Below the pieces are notes generated by a model. The model saw only the letters and a program-made list of their open reading frames with translations. It was not told where the DNA came from and did not search any database. Made by a program: the position numbers and the translations under genes. Source: Scyliorhinus canicula (Eukaryota). From it: a DNA stretch of 64,000 nt. The stretch lies in NCBI RefSeq assembly GCF_902713615.1, contig NC_052156.1, forward strand, positions 126,604,407-126,668,406, read 5' to 3'. This document shows positions 26,901 through 38,800 of the stretch, one piece after another; positions within the stretch are counted from its first letter, which is position 1, and every line of letters begins with the position of its first letter.

Positions 26901-27456
26901 TTTCAACTTTTCTGTAGTTGTTTGTTGCAACTCTGACTTGCTGGCTATTTCAGCAGGCATTTAAAGGTCAACCACATTGCTACGAGTATGGAATACACGC
27001 AGAATGGCAGATTTCCTTCTCTAATGAACATTAGTGGACCAGATGGGTTTTTACGACAATCAACAATGGTTTCATGGTCACCATTACTGAGGGTAGCTGT
27101 CAACTTTCAATTTATTAATTGGATTTAAATTCAATCAGCTGTCACGGTGGGATTTGAACCCATGTCTCCAAAGCATTAGCTGCTGGATTACTAGTCTAGT
27201 GATGTGACCATTATGCCACCGCCTCCTCATTTGAGACGGTGGGGTTAACATTCACAAATATCGACAATTCTGAAAGGCTTATCTTACACTCACCCATACA
27301 GACTAACGTGTTTAAGAAACTGAGTTGCTGACATTGCTGCAATTATAGCTGTAGTCTCCATCTCACAACAGATCATATGACAATGATAAAAACACTAGTT
27401 GATGGAAGAAATGTTTTAGATAAGCAATAAGCAACATTTTGGGTTTATTTACTTAC

Positions 27457-27577
27457 CCAATTCATTGAGACTCTGAGCAGCTTTAGTGATCTCCCTGCTT
27501 CCTCCCTGAAGCTGGCCTTGGAGCCGTTTACTTAGGTACAATATCCGAATTATTCTTCGAAGTAAGTCACAGGCTGC
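27457..27577 (-). CDS. COG5: COG5 coding exon 6 ([40 protein letters not shown]); gene continues beyond position 1
   Basis: Hand translation. Acceptor ttattcag, donor G|GTAAGT. 121 nt. No further COG5 exon recognised in 1-27456. Confidence 0.96.
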
Positions 27578-28564
27578 CTGAATAAAATTCAAGGATATTG
27601 GCTTGCTGAAAGTCTTGGAATCATTTCCTTGTAAATTCCACTTTTAGGAAGTTAATAAGTTTTCTTAAATTTATAAAAGTTCAAACTACACTGCTCATTT
27701 TAATCTTAAATGTACATGGCATTAGTATCAAGTGTTTCTTTTGTCAAAAATGCAAACTCGGTTTAAACTTGGCTGTCTTTTGGGTTCCAATAATCAATTT
27801 CCAAAATTTTACACAAGAAAATTTAAATGACGAAAACCTTGGAATGAGAAATGCTCTTTGACTCATCATGCACTATACTTCCACAATTTAGGGATAAATA
27901 TCTCAATCATAGACCCCTCTCGCAAACCCCATCATGGCTCTCTATGTTCTTTTCCTAATTAGCAAGTAAATCAAAGATAACACATTAAAAACTCTTGATT
28001 CTCTTTTTCATCAGTTCAGAATAAGGTTTTTTTGACCACAGATGCATTAATCCTTCCCTTCCCAAAGTAAAGAAACAAATATAATACCCCCTCTGACTTC
28101 TCTCCACCTCACTGAATTTGATTATTTTCCTACCATGTACAATGGTTGATCTGATTATCAGTAGCTATAGACCAAGCATAAATATCTTTGAATGACTTAT
28201 ACAATATTTTTCACCAAGTTAGAACGTTCTAACTCTGACTGAAACAATGCTACTTGCAACTTTACACTTGCTTGAACACAAAATGTAACACAAACAATGC
28301 ATGTTGTCTTCTTATTTTCCAAACATTGAAGTCATAGGCTTTTAAAATTGTAAATGATACTCTGAACGTCATTAAAATGAAATGGTCAAGAAATACTTTC
28401 AGTTCAGTCACAACCAAACAAGAAAATTTGGTATTCTAAATAGAATACACGAGTCTTGAACTTACTTTTGACCAAAATGTTTACGATTGAAGCCTTTAAA
28501 TTTAACATTGGAATCTCAACAGAAAAACAAAAATATCATACCCACAATCTTCAAAGGAATTACT

Positions 28565-31500
28565 TTTTTTTTAAAAATATGTTTTTATTAGTTTTTCCTT
28601 TTATACATAACCAAAAAAATGAACAAATCTGTACAAACCAATTGCAATTTACAAAAGTCCCGCAAACCTTGTCTCCAAACCCCAACACCCCTCCCCACCG
28701 CCATTTTTTTTATATAGCAGATTTTCTTTATTGTTTTTCACTATCATACATTGTAGGGTATAGTGACACATATATTACTTAGTGGTAAGTTGCTCCTATT
28801 CGACTGCTTGTATTTGCAAACTTTCAGTTGAGCGGGCGCTGCGTAATGTAGGGTGTGGTCAGCATATGTGCCTCCCTATTCTCTCCCCCATCCCCCCACC
28901 ATCTCCCTTTACGTTATGTTTGTGGTCTCTCTGTGGGCCCCCTCTCCCCTTTGCTCTATTGCTTGTTGGTTACAAACAGATCTTGGAACAGGTTGGTGAA
29001 TGGCCTCTACATCTTGTAGAAGCCATCTTCCAACCCCCGGATGGTGAATTTGATTTACTCTATTTGGAGAAATTCCGACAGGTCAGACAGCCAGGCGCAA
29101 CTGTGGGTTGTGCTGATGATCACCTGCCGAGCAGGATTCTTCAGTGAGCAATTAAGGAGACAAAGGCAAGGGCTTCGGCGCCCCCCCCATAAAGAACTCT
29201 GGCTGGTTTAGTACCCAGAAGACTGCCACTTTCGGACACGGTTCCACCCTCACCCCCACAACCTTGGGCATTACCTTGAAGAAGGCTGACCTCGAAGAAG
29301 GCTGTCCAGAACCCGACAAGTCTGGGCTATGCCCAAAACATGTGGGTGTGGTTAGCCGGGCCTCCCTGGCAACGTTCACTTTTATTCTCCATCTCTGGGG
29401 AGAACCTGCTCATTCGGGGTCCTGTTGGGTGTGATCAGTGCACCACTTTCAGCATTAGGCTAAGCCTTGGAGGCGGAGTTGACCCTGTTCAGTGCGTTGC
29501 TCCAGAGTCCCCACCCCACTTCAATCCCTAGTTCTTCTTCCAATTTTTTTCTCGTCTCGTCCAGTGGAGAGCGTGCCTTTCCCCACAATTGCCCATACAA
29601 GTCCTCACAGCTTCCCCCCCTAAGTTGCACGCATCCAATAGTGATTGTCACAGCGCCCATACTTATGTATTTGTATCCCTACAGAGGAAGCTTTGTGTTG
29701 ATTTGCATGTGTTGTAACTCATTCCCCTGGTCAGTTGTACCCTCTCAATCACTTCTTTTGGCATTGTCAGTCTGTTGTCTGTGTAGAAATCATTAACTGT
29801 CAGTGTCCCCCCCATCCTGTGCTCACCTTTTGAAGATGGCACCTATTGAAGATGGCACCTATTCTGGCTTTCGTGAATCCATGATTGTTGCAAATGGACA
29901 CCATAGTGGACATTTCAGTCTGACTGAAGTGGTGTCTTAGTTGGTTCCACATCCGGAGCGTGGCAACTACCACCGGTTTCGTAGAGTGCTTGGCAGGTGG
30001 GGATAGGTGCGCTGCTGTGGCCAGGGCCCGGAGAGACGTGCCTGTGCAGAATTCATCCTCCATTTTTATCCAATCAGCTTCTGGGTCCTTTAACCATCCC
30101 CTCCCTCTTTCCGCTGTGGCTGCCAAGTGGTATGTTGCATGTTTGGGGGGCCCAGTTCTTGCTTCTTGTTCTTTGGATGACTTTTTTGGGGATTCTTGGA
30201 TTCTTCCTGCCCCCCTGTTTGGATCTGAACATGAAGAGAAACCTGGGCAGTACGTACATCTTGGTCGCCTGCACCCTTCCCACTAGAGAGTGGGAGTGTG
30301 TCCCATCTCTGCAGGTCCTTTTTTTAAACTTCCTCTACCAGATTAGCTAGATTTCATTTGTGAATCCGTGTCCAGTCATGAGCAATTTGGATTCCCAGGT
30401 AACAGAATTTGTTTTGGGCTTCTTTAAATGGCAATCCCTCCAGCTCTGCCCCTCTCCTTTGCAGGTTCACCAGGAAGATTTTGCTTTTGCAAAATCTGAG
30501 TTTGTAGCCCAAGAAAGGTCTTTTCTTTCAAGAGCACCATGATCCCCTCCATGTTGCTTTGGGGGTTTGTGACGAAGAGGAGCAGGTCATCCACATAGAT
30601 TGAGACTCTGTGCTCTCCGTCTCCCCCCTGGATCCCCTTCCACTTTCTCGCCACTTTGAATGCAATCGCTAGTGGCCCAATTGCCAGGGAGAATAGCCGC
30701 GGGGACAGCGGACATCTCTGCCTTGTGCCTCTGGAAGTACTTACAGCTGGTGATGTTGATCTACACGCTCGCCATGGGAGCACTGTACAGATATTTTGCC
30801 CATGTTGTGAACAGTGTTCCAAACCCGAACCGATCAAACCTCTATGGGGTACTTCCACTCGACTTTGTCAAAGGCTTTTTCTGCATCCAGGGAGATGATC
30901 ACCTCTGGTGTTCTCTCTCCAGATGGGGTCATTATCGTGTTTAGCAGGCGCTTGATGTTTGACGTTAGCTGCCTACCCTTAACAAAGTCAGTCTGGTCTT
31001 CTGCCACCACCTCTGGTTCTCCAGTCCCCGGCGAGGATTATGGCCAGTATTCTCATGTCTATATTGAGCAGCAAGATGGGTCTGTCGGACCCGCATTCTG
31101 CCAGGTCTTTGTCTTGGTATCAGAGAGATTGAGACTTGTGCTAGGATAGGCGACAGGATGCTCCTTGCTAGCATATCTGTGAATATCTCCTGCAGGTGCG
31201 GGGCCAGTGCCATCATGTATTTTATAGAAGTCCGCTGGGAATCCATCCGGTTCCGGCACCTTCACAGTCTGCATGGAGTTGATGCTCTCCATGACTTCAC
31301 CCAGTTCTAGTGGTGCTTCCAGCCCCTGCTTCCTATTCTTCCCCACAAATGGCATGTTCAGTCCATTGAGGAACATCAAGGTGTACAGCCCAATGGAAGA
31401 AGGCCTCCATAGAATCATAGAATTTACAGTGCAGAACGATGCCATTCAGTTCATCGAGTCTGCACCGGCCCTTCAAAAGAGCACCCTACTTAAGCCCACA

Positions 31501-32605
31501 CCCTCACCCTATCCCCATATCCCAGTAACCCGATCTAACCTTTTGGACACTATGGGGCAATTTAGCATGGCCAATCCACCTAACCTGCACATCTTTGGAC
31601 TTGAGAGGAAACTGGAGCACCTGGAGGAAACCCAAACAGACACGGGGAGAAAGTCCAAACTGCACACAGTAACCAGAGGCCGGAATTGAACCCAGGACCC
31701 TGAGGCTGTGATGTACCAGTGCTAACCACTGTGCCACCTTGAATGCGTGATTTACCTTTTCTGCTCTGATACTAGTCTGCCTTTGTTGTCCCTATCCTGA
31801 GTTATATCCCTCATCGCTGCCAGCTTTCTCAGCTGGTGAGCCTGCAAGCGGCTGGCTGTGTGTCGGAGTAGGTGCACTGCTTTCCTCATGGAGAGCAGGT
31901 CAAAGTCCATTTGTAGATTTTTCCTCTCAGTCAGAAACTCTATGGTCAGGACCGTGGAGTATCGTCAGACTATCTCCAGTATGGAGTTGACTAGCTGTTG
32001 CCTAGCTGCCCTCTCTACCCTGTCTCTACGTGCTTTATAGGCAATAATCTCACCCCTGATCACAGCCTTCAGTACCTCACAGAATGTGGAAGGTGAGAGA
32101 CCTCCCCATTCTGGTTGTTGGTAATATACCCGTCGATGGCCTGTGATATTTTCTCGCAGAAAGCTTTATTGGCAAGAAGGGCGCTGGGCACAGACTGTCG
32201 CCAACCTCACATCCATGTAGCGTGGAGCGGGTTCGGAGATCACGATCGTGGAGTGTTTCGCTCTGACTATCGGGGGAAGCACCAATTTCCCCACTAAAAA
32301 GAAGTCAATGTATGTATAAACGTTATGTGCTTGGGAGAAGGAGAACGCCTTCTCCCCTGGGTGTGTGAACCTCCATGGGTCCACTGCCCCCATCTGCTCC
32401 ATAAATGTACTGAGTTCTTTCACCATGCTGAAGGTCTTCCTTATTTTGGGGTTTGACCTGTCTGTCCATGAGTCCTGTATACAGTTGAAATGCCCTCCCA
32501 TGATAAATATCTATATCTGGGATATTTGCCATGGTCTTCTTAATAAACTTTGTCTCGTCCCAGTTGGGAGCGCACACGTTAACCAGGACCACTGGTGCCC
32601 CTTGC
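28565..32605 (-). mobile_element. Older, degraded L1-clade LINE (APE C-half, RT, 3' end), interrupted by a V-SINE
   Basis: Fragments VNVCAPNWD, GGHFNC, YIDFF, PEPDGFP, RQRCPLSP and YVDD. A-tail near 28565. Confidence 0.88.
31409..31738 (-). mobile_element. V-SINE (long type) inserted in the older L1
   Basis: Head, core and CR1 tail. Confidence 0.88.
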
Positions 32606-32659
32606 TTTTTAAAAAAAATGATTTTCTTTTCCTAAATCCATGCTGACCTTGTCTGAACC

Positions 32660-33280
32660 ACCCATTGTTGAATTCCACGATCAACATCCTGGGGGTTACC
32701 AGCGACCAGAAACTTAATTGGACCAGCCATATAAATACTGAGGCTACAAGAGCAGGTTGGAGGCTGGGAATTCTGAGGAGTAATTCACCACCTGACTTCC
32801 CAAAGCCTGTTCACTAGCTATAAGCCACCAGTCAGGATTGTTTCAGAATACTCTATACAAGAAGCTCGATATCATCCAGAACAAAGCAGCCCAGCATCCC
32901 ATCCAGCAAGTTAAATCTTCATTCCTTCCACCACCAACATATCCTGTGTACCATCTACAAGACGCATTGCAGCAACTCACCTAGGCTCCTTTGACAGCAC
33001 CTTCCAAACCTGCGACCTCTGCCACCCAGTAGAACGATAGACGATGCTAGGGAATATCACGATCTGCGAGTTCCCCTCGAAGCCGCACATAATCCTAACT
33101 TGGAACTAGATTGTTGTAACTGTCAAAATCCTGCAATTCCTTTACCAACAGCACTGTAGTCATACCCGCACCAGATGAACTGCAGCTCTACAAGAAAATT
33201 GGTCACCACCACCATCTCAATGGCAATTAAGAATGGGGAACAAATACTGGCATTGCCAGCAACACCTACATCCCATGAAA
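32660..33280 (+). mobile_element. Old CR1/L2-group LINE 3' remnant (uninterrupted copy of the family fragmented at 49118-55700)
   Basis: atcaacatcctgggggttacc..tacaagagcagg..aaagcagcc..cagcaccttccaaacc..ggcaattaagaatgggg, shared with 24918-25800 (-) and the pieces in 49118-55700. Confidence 0.6.
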
Positions 33281-34275
33281 GATTTTAAAGAACTATTAAA
33301 ATGCCTTGCTGAAATTAATGCATCTGGACATTGTCGCAGTGCACAAGGAAGGTACAGAGTAATCAAAAATGAACAGTCTGGATTTTGCTCTCAGAAGGAA
33401 TATTGTGGCTTTGAAATTACAAAATGTTTTAAGGCTCAAAAAAATGCACATACTGCTTTCATCAATTTTGACAGTGTCCCATAACTTCATGAAGCAGGAA
33501 GCTACAAGTGTACGTGGCAAAGTTTTGCACATGTCCAAGATATGTGCTAACTAAACTGAGGGGCATATGAAAGACTCAACGAGATCTCTTGTAAAATGGG
33601 GGTGGTGGTGGGAGGAGTTTTAAATGCAAGAATGCAAAAAAATTGCACTTTTGTAGGATATATTGAATACACCTGCAATTTAAGGTACAACATGTTTGAA
33701 CCTGTGTGACAAAAAGTGATTGAATATATTGGTCATTGACCTATACGAAGTATATTTTTAAATTGTAGGTTGTTTATTTGAATTGACAGCATTTTTTGTA
33801 ATTTTAGCAGTTTTATTAAAGCTAAATTTTCACAAGTTTCCAGAAGATTGGATGATCACATCACTGCAATGAGTGCAGCCAAAAAGGGACAGAAGAAAAT
33901 CCCCCAGAGACAATGTCACAAAATGTTTGGATGTTTATTAAATTGCTCTTATAACTCCTTTCTTTTCTCTGCAATGTAAGTAACATATCTCTTGGATGGA
34001 GCCGTCAGTTCAGATTATTTGGGCTCAACAGAAGTGCTCGCATCCAGTATGCACCTCGCAAACTTTACTTCGTCTTTTCAATAAGATCAACACAATAATG
34101 CTTTGTAGGAGTATGTGGGTTGCTTCAAATTGCATTACAAATAATCTTTTTTTAGATTATAGTAAATCTGCCAAAAGATTTCCTATCTACAAGGTCATTA
34201 TAACAGAAAATTCACTATCATTTTAGCCTATTATTTGTTTAGAAGTAACCCTATTATAGAACAAAAGAATGATAG

Positions 34276-34500
34276 GGGCAGCACAATGGCGAAGTGGTTA
34301 GCACTGCTGCCTCATGGCACCAAGGACCCGGGTATGATCCCTGCCCTGGGTCACTGTTTGTGGAGTTTGCACATTTTCCCTGTGTCCATGTGGGTCTCAC
34401 CCCCACAACTCAAAACGATGTGCTAGGTAGGGGGATTGGTCACGCTGAATTGCCCCTTAATTGGAAAAACATAATTGGGGGTACTCTAAATTTATTTAAA
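34276..34500 (+). mobile_element. Short V-SINE variant
   Basis: Degenerate 13-bp TSD aaaagaatgatag / aagagaataatag. Confidence 0.85.
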
Positions 34501-34579
34501 AAGAGAATAATAGAATGGTTACAGCACAGGAGTAGAGTTAATTACAGACCAATAAAGGCAAGCTCTCCCTCTCATTCCC

Positions 34580-35210
34580 AGATTGACAATACAGCTCCCC
34601 TAGTCGTCAGCTTCCACCCCACCAACCTCCAAATTGAACATCATCCTCTGCTGTTTCTACCACCTCCTGTGTGATGCCATCACCAAATATATCTTCCCTT
34701 CTCCTTTTAGCATTCCAAAGTGAATGTTTCCTTTGCGACACCCCGGTGGACTCCACAATCACCCAAACACATTTCCAGGTGAAACATATTAAGATTTACA
34801 TGTACTTCTTTCAATTTAGCACAGCGTATCTGCTGCTCACAATATAGACTGCTCTGCAATGGAGAGGCTAAACACAGGTTGGATTACTGTTTTGCACAAT
34901 ACTTCCGATATGTGCACAAGGACAATCCCAAGTTTCCAGTGGCCTAACATTTCAATTCTCCACTTTTATCTCCTGCTTCCCTCTCTGCCCTTGGCCTACT
35001 GCAGTGATTCAATGATGCTCAATGCAAGCTCAACGAATAACACGTCATCTTTTGATTGAGTACTTTACAGCCTTCCAGACGCAGTTCAACATTTTCAGAC
35101 ACTAATCTCTGGTCCCACATTTTCAGACTAATCTCTGGCCCCATTTGTTTCCTTTTATTTACAGGATGATGCCTGACCTACTGATTATTTCCAGTATTTT
35201 CTGCTTTAAT
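34580..35210 (+). mobile_element. Degraded Penelope remnant
   Basis: Homologous to 9120-9800. Ends gcctgacctactgattatttccagtattttctg. Confidence 0.55.
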
Positions 35211-35505
35211 GTGTCCTTCCACTCCTTGGTATCAAGTAGTCTATGATCGGCAACACGACTGCAATACCATGTTCAAAATCCCATCATCTAAATGCTACTC
35301 ATACTTAAAGTGCCGTTGATTTCTCCTTTTGAGAAATGTAGCGGCATACATCTATCAGAGTCTGGCACAGTCGTTTACGGTTTCATACGAGGTATTTCAA
35401 GACCATTCATGAGGTATGTATGTTGTACCAAATTTCATCTGCCATTGTATTGGCCACATATATATTCAATTATCTTTTTTCCACTGTCTCCTCCATTTCC
35501 ATTCC

Positions 35506-35818
35506 ATACAATCATAGAATTTACAGTGCAGAAGGAGGCCATTCAGCCCATCGAGTCTACACCGGCCCTTGGAAAGACCATCCCAGTTAATCTCAAGCCT
35601 CCACCCTATCCCCGCAACCCCACCTAACTTATTTTAAACACTAAGGGCAATTTAGTATAGCCAATCCACTTAACCTGCACATCTTTGGACTGTGGAGGAA
35701 ACCCAGAGCACCCAGAGGAAACCCACGCAGACACGGGGAGAACGTGCAGACTCCACACTGACAGTGACCCAAGCCGGGAATCGAACCTGGGACCCTGAAG
35801 CTGTGAAGCTACTGTGTT
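35506..35818 (-). mobile_element. V-SINE (long type) split by the full-length L1; the A-box part of its head lies at 41355-41381
   Basis: The SINE reads continuously across the L1 TSD (ctgtgaagctactgtgtt|aaccattgtgc). Confidence 0.9.
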
Positions 35819-38800
35819 TTTTTTTAAAACAATTTTTATTGAAATTTTTGAAAAATGTATAACAAAAAAACAATAATAACAATAATAAACACCCCCCGGA
35901 CCCGTAACAACGCATATAACCAGTCCCCCCACCCGCCCCAAATCCGATGAACAACAAAATAAATAAAAAATAAATTAACATAAACAATACCCCCCTGAAA
36001 CCCCCCCCCCCGGGGTTGCCGCTGCTGCTGACCTAGTTCCCTATCGTTGAGCCAGAAAGTCGAGGAAAGGCTGCCACCTCCTAAAGAACCCTTGTACCGA
36101 CCCCCTCAGGGCGAATTTGACCTTCTCCAGCTTAATGAATCCCGCCATGTCATTGATCCAGGTCTCCACGCTTGGGGGTCTCGCATCTTTCCATTGCAAC
36201 AAGATCCTCCGCCGGGCTACTAGGGACGCAAAGGCCAAAACACCGGCCTCTTTCGCCTCCTGCACTCCCGGCTCCACCCCAACCCCAAATATCGCGAGTC
36301 CCCAGCCTGGCTTGACCATGGACCCTACCACCCTCGACACCATCCTCGCCACCCCCTGCCAGACTTCCCCCAGAGCCGGGCATGCCCAAAACATATGGGC
36401 ATGGTTCGCTGGGCTCCCCGAACACCTAATGCACCTGTCCTCACCCCCAAAAAACCTGCTCATCCTCGCCCCGGACATATGAGCCCTGTGCAGTACCTTG
36501 AACTGGATGAGGCTAAGCCTCGCACATGTAGAGGAGGAGTTCACCCGCTCCAGGGCGTTCGCCCATGTCCCCTCCTCAAACTGCTCCCCCAGCTCCACTT
36601 CCCATTTAGCCTTCAGCTCCTCTACCGACGCCTCCTCCACCTCCTGCATCATCTGGTAGATGTCAGACACCTTCCCATCCCCGACCCACACCCCCGAAAG
36701 CATCCCTTACCCCCCGCGGGGGCAGCAAAGGGAACCCCTCCACCTGCCGCTCAGCAAATGCCTTGACCTGAAGGTATCTGAACATATTCCCCGCAGGGAG
36801 CTCAAACTTCTCCTCCAGCTCACCCAGGCTCGCAAACCTCCCGTCAATGAACAGGTCTCCCAACTTCCTTATGCCCGCCCTGTGCCACCCCAGGAACCCG
36901 GCATCAATGTTCCCTGGGACAAACCGGTGGTTCCCCCGCAGCGGAGCCTCCACCGAGCCCCCCACTTCCCCGTGTCACCTCCACTGCCCCCAAATCTTGA
37001 GGGTAGCCGCCACCACCGGGCTCGTGGTGTACCTCGTTGGAGGGAGCGGCAACGGCGCCGTTACCAGTGCCTTCAGGCTCGTGCCTCCGCAGGACGCCAT
37101 CTCCATCCTTTTCCATGCTGCCCCCTCCCCATCCATTACCCACTTGTGTACCATCGAGACATTAGCCGCCCAATAGTACACAGAGAGGTTGGGCAGCGCC
37201 AGCCCCCCTCCATCCCTGCCCCGCTCCAAAAAGACCCTCCTCACCCTCAGAGTCCCATGCGCCCAAACAAATCCCGTGATGCTGCTGTTCACCCTCCTAA
37301 AAAAGGCCCTCGGAATAAGGATGGGGAAGCACTGGAACAAAAACAAAAACAAAAACCTCGGGAGCACCGTCATTTTAACGGACTGTACTCTACCCGTCAA
37401 CGACAGTGCAGAAGGAGGCCATTCAGCCCATCAAGTCTACACCGGCCCTTGGAAAGACCACCCCAGTTAATCTCAAGCCTCCACCCTATCCCCGCAACCC
37501 CACCTTTTGAACTCCTCCTCCATCTGCTCCACCAACCTAGTAAAATTAAGCTTATGCAAAGTCCCCCAACTCCTAGCCACCTAAACCCCCAGGTACCTAA
37601 AACTCCTCACTGCCCTTTTTAGCGGGAGCCTACCAATCCCCTCCTCCTGATCACCCGGGTGTACAACAAACAGCTCGCTCTTGCCCAGGTTCAACTTGTA
37701 GCCCGAGAAACTCCCAAACTCAGCAAGAATCTCCATCACCTCCGGCATTCCCCCCACCGGGTCTGCTACATACAGCAACAAGTCATCTGCATAAAGTGAC
37801 ACTCGGTGCTCCTCCCCACCCCGCACCAGACCCCCTCCACCTCCCCGACTCCCTTAGCGCCATGGCCAGAGGCTCAATTGCCAACTCAAAAAGCAAGGGG
37901 GACAGGGGGCACCCCTGCCTCGTCCCACGGTAGAGCCTGAAGTACTCGGACCTCATCCCATTTGTCGCTACACTCGCCTTCGGGGCCTTGTAGAGCAGCC
38001 TCACCCATTTAATAAACCCCTCCCCAACCCCGAACCTCTCTAACACCTCCCACAAGTACCCCCACTCAACCCTATCAAAGGCCTTCTACGCATCTAATGC
38101 CACCACAATCTCCGCCTCTCCTTCTGCCGCCGGCATCATTATCACATTTAGCAGCCTTCGCACGTTAGTGTTCAGCTGCCTCCCCTTTACAAATCCCGTC
38201 TGATCTTCATGTATCACCCCCGGCACACAGTCCTCTACTCTAGTGGCCAAGATCTTTGCCAGCAACTTGGCGTCCACGTTCAACAGTGAAATTGGCCTAT
38301 ATGATCCACACTGCAGAGGGTCCTTATCTCGCTTCAGGATCAGGGAATTCAGCGCCCGTGACATCGTCGGGGGCAAAACTCCCCCCTCCCATGCCTCGTT
38401 AAAGGTCCGAACCAACAGGGGGCCCAACAGGTCCACATATTTTTTATAAAATTCAACCGGGAACCCATCCGGTCCCGGCGCCTTCCCCGACTGCATGTGG
38501 CCAATCCCTCTAACCAGCTCCTCCAACTCGATCGGCGCCCCCAATCCCTCCACCTGCTCCTCCTGCACCCTTGGAAATCGCAGCCTGTTCAAAAAGCTCT
38601 CCATTCCCCCCCCCCCCCCCCCCCAACCACCGGCGGCTCCGACCGGTACAGTTCCCTGTAGAAGTCCCTGAAGACCCCATTAACCTCTACCCCCTTCCAC
38701 ACCACATTCCCACCCCTATCCTTCACTCCACCTATCTCCCTAGCCGCATCACGCTTGCGGAGCTGATGCGCCAGCATCCTGCTCGCCTTCTCCCCATATT

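Noticed and set aside
27574-27580. Tandem acceptor CAGGCAG at COG5 exon 6
   Set aside because: The second AG is 4 nt downstream and would shift the frame; there is no evidence it is used.
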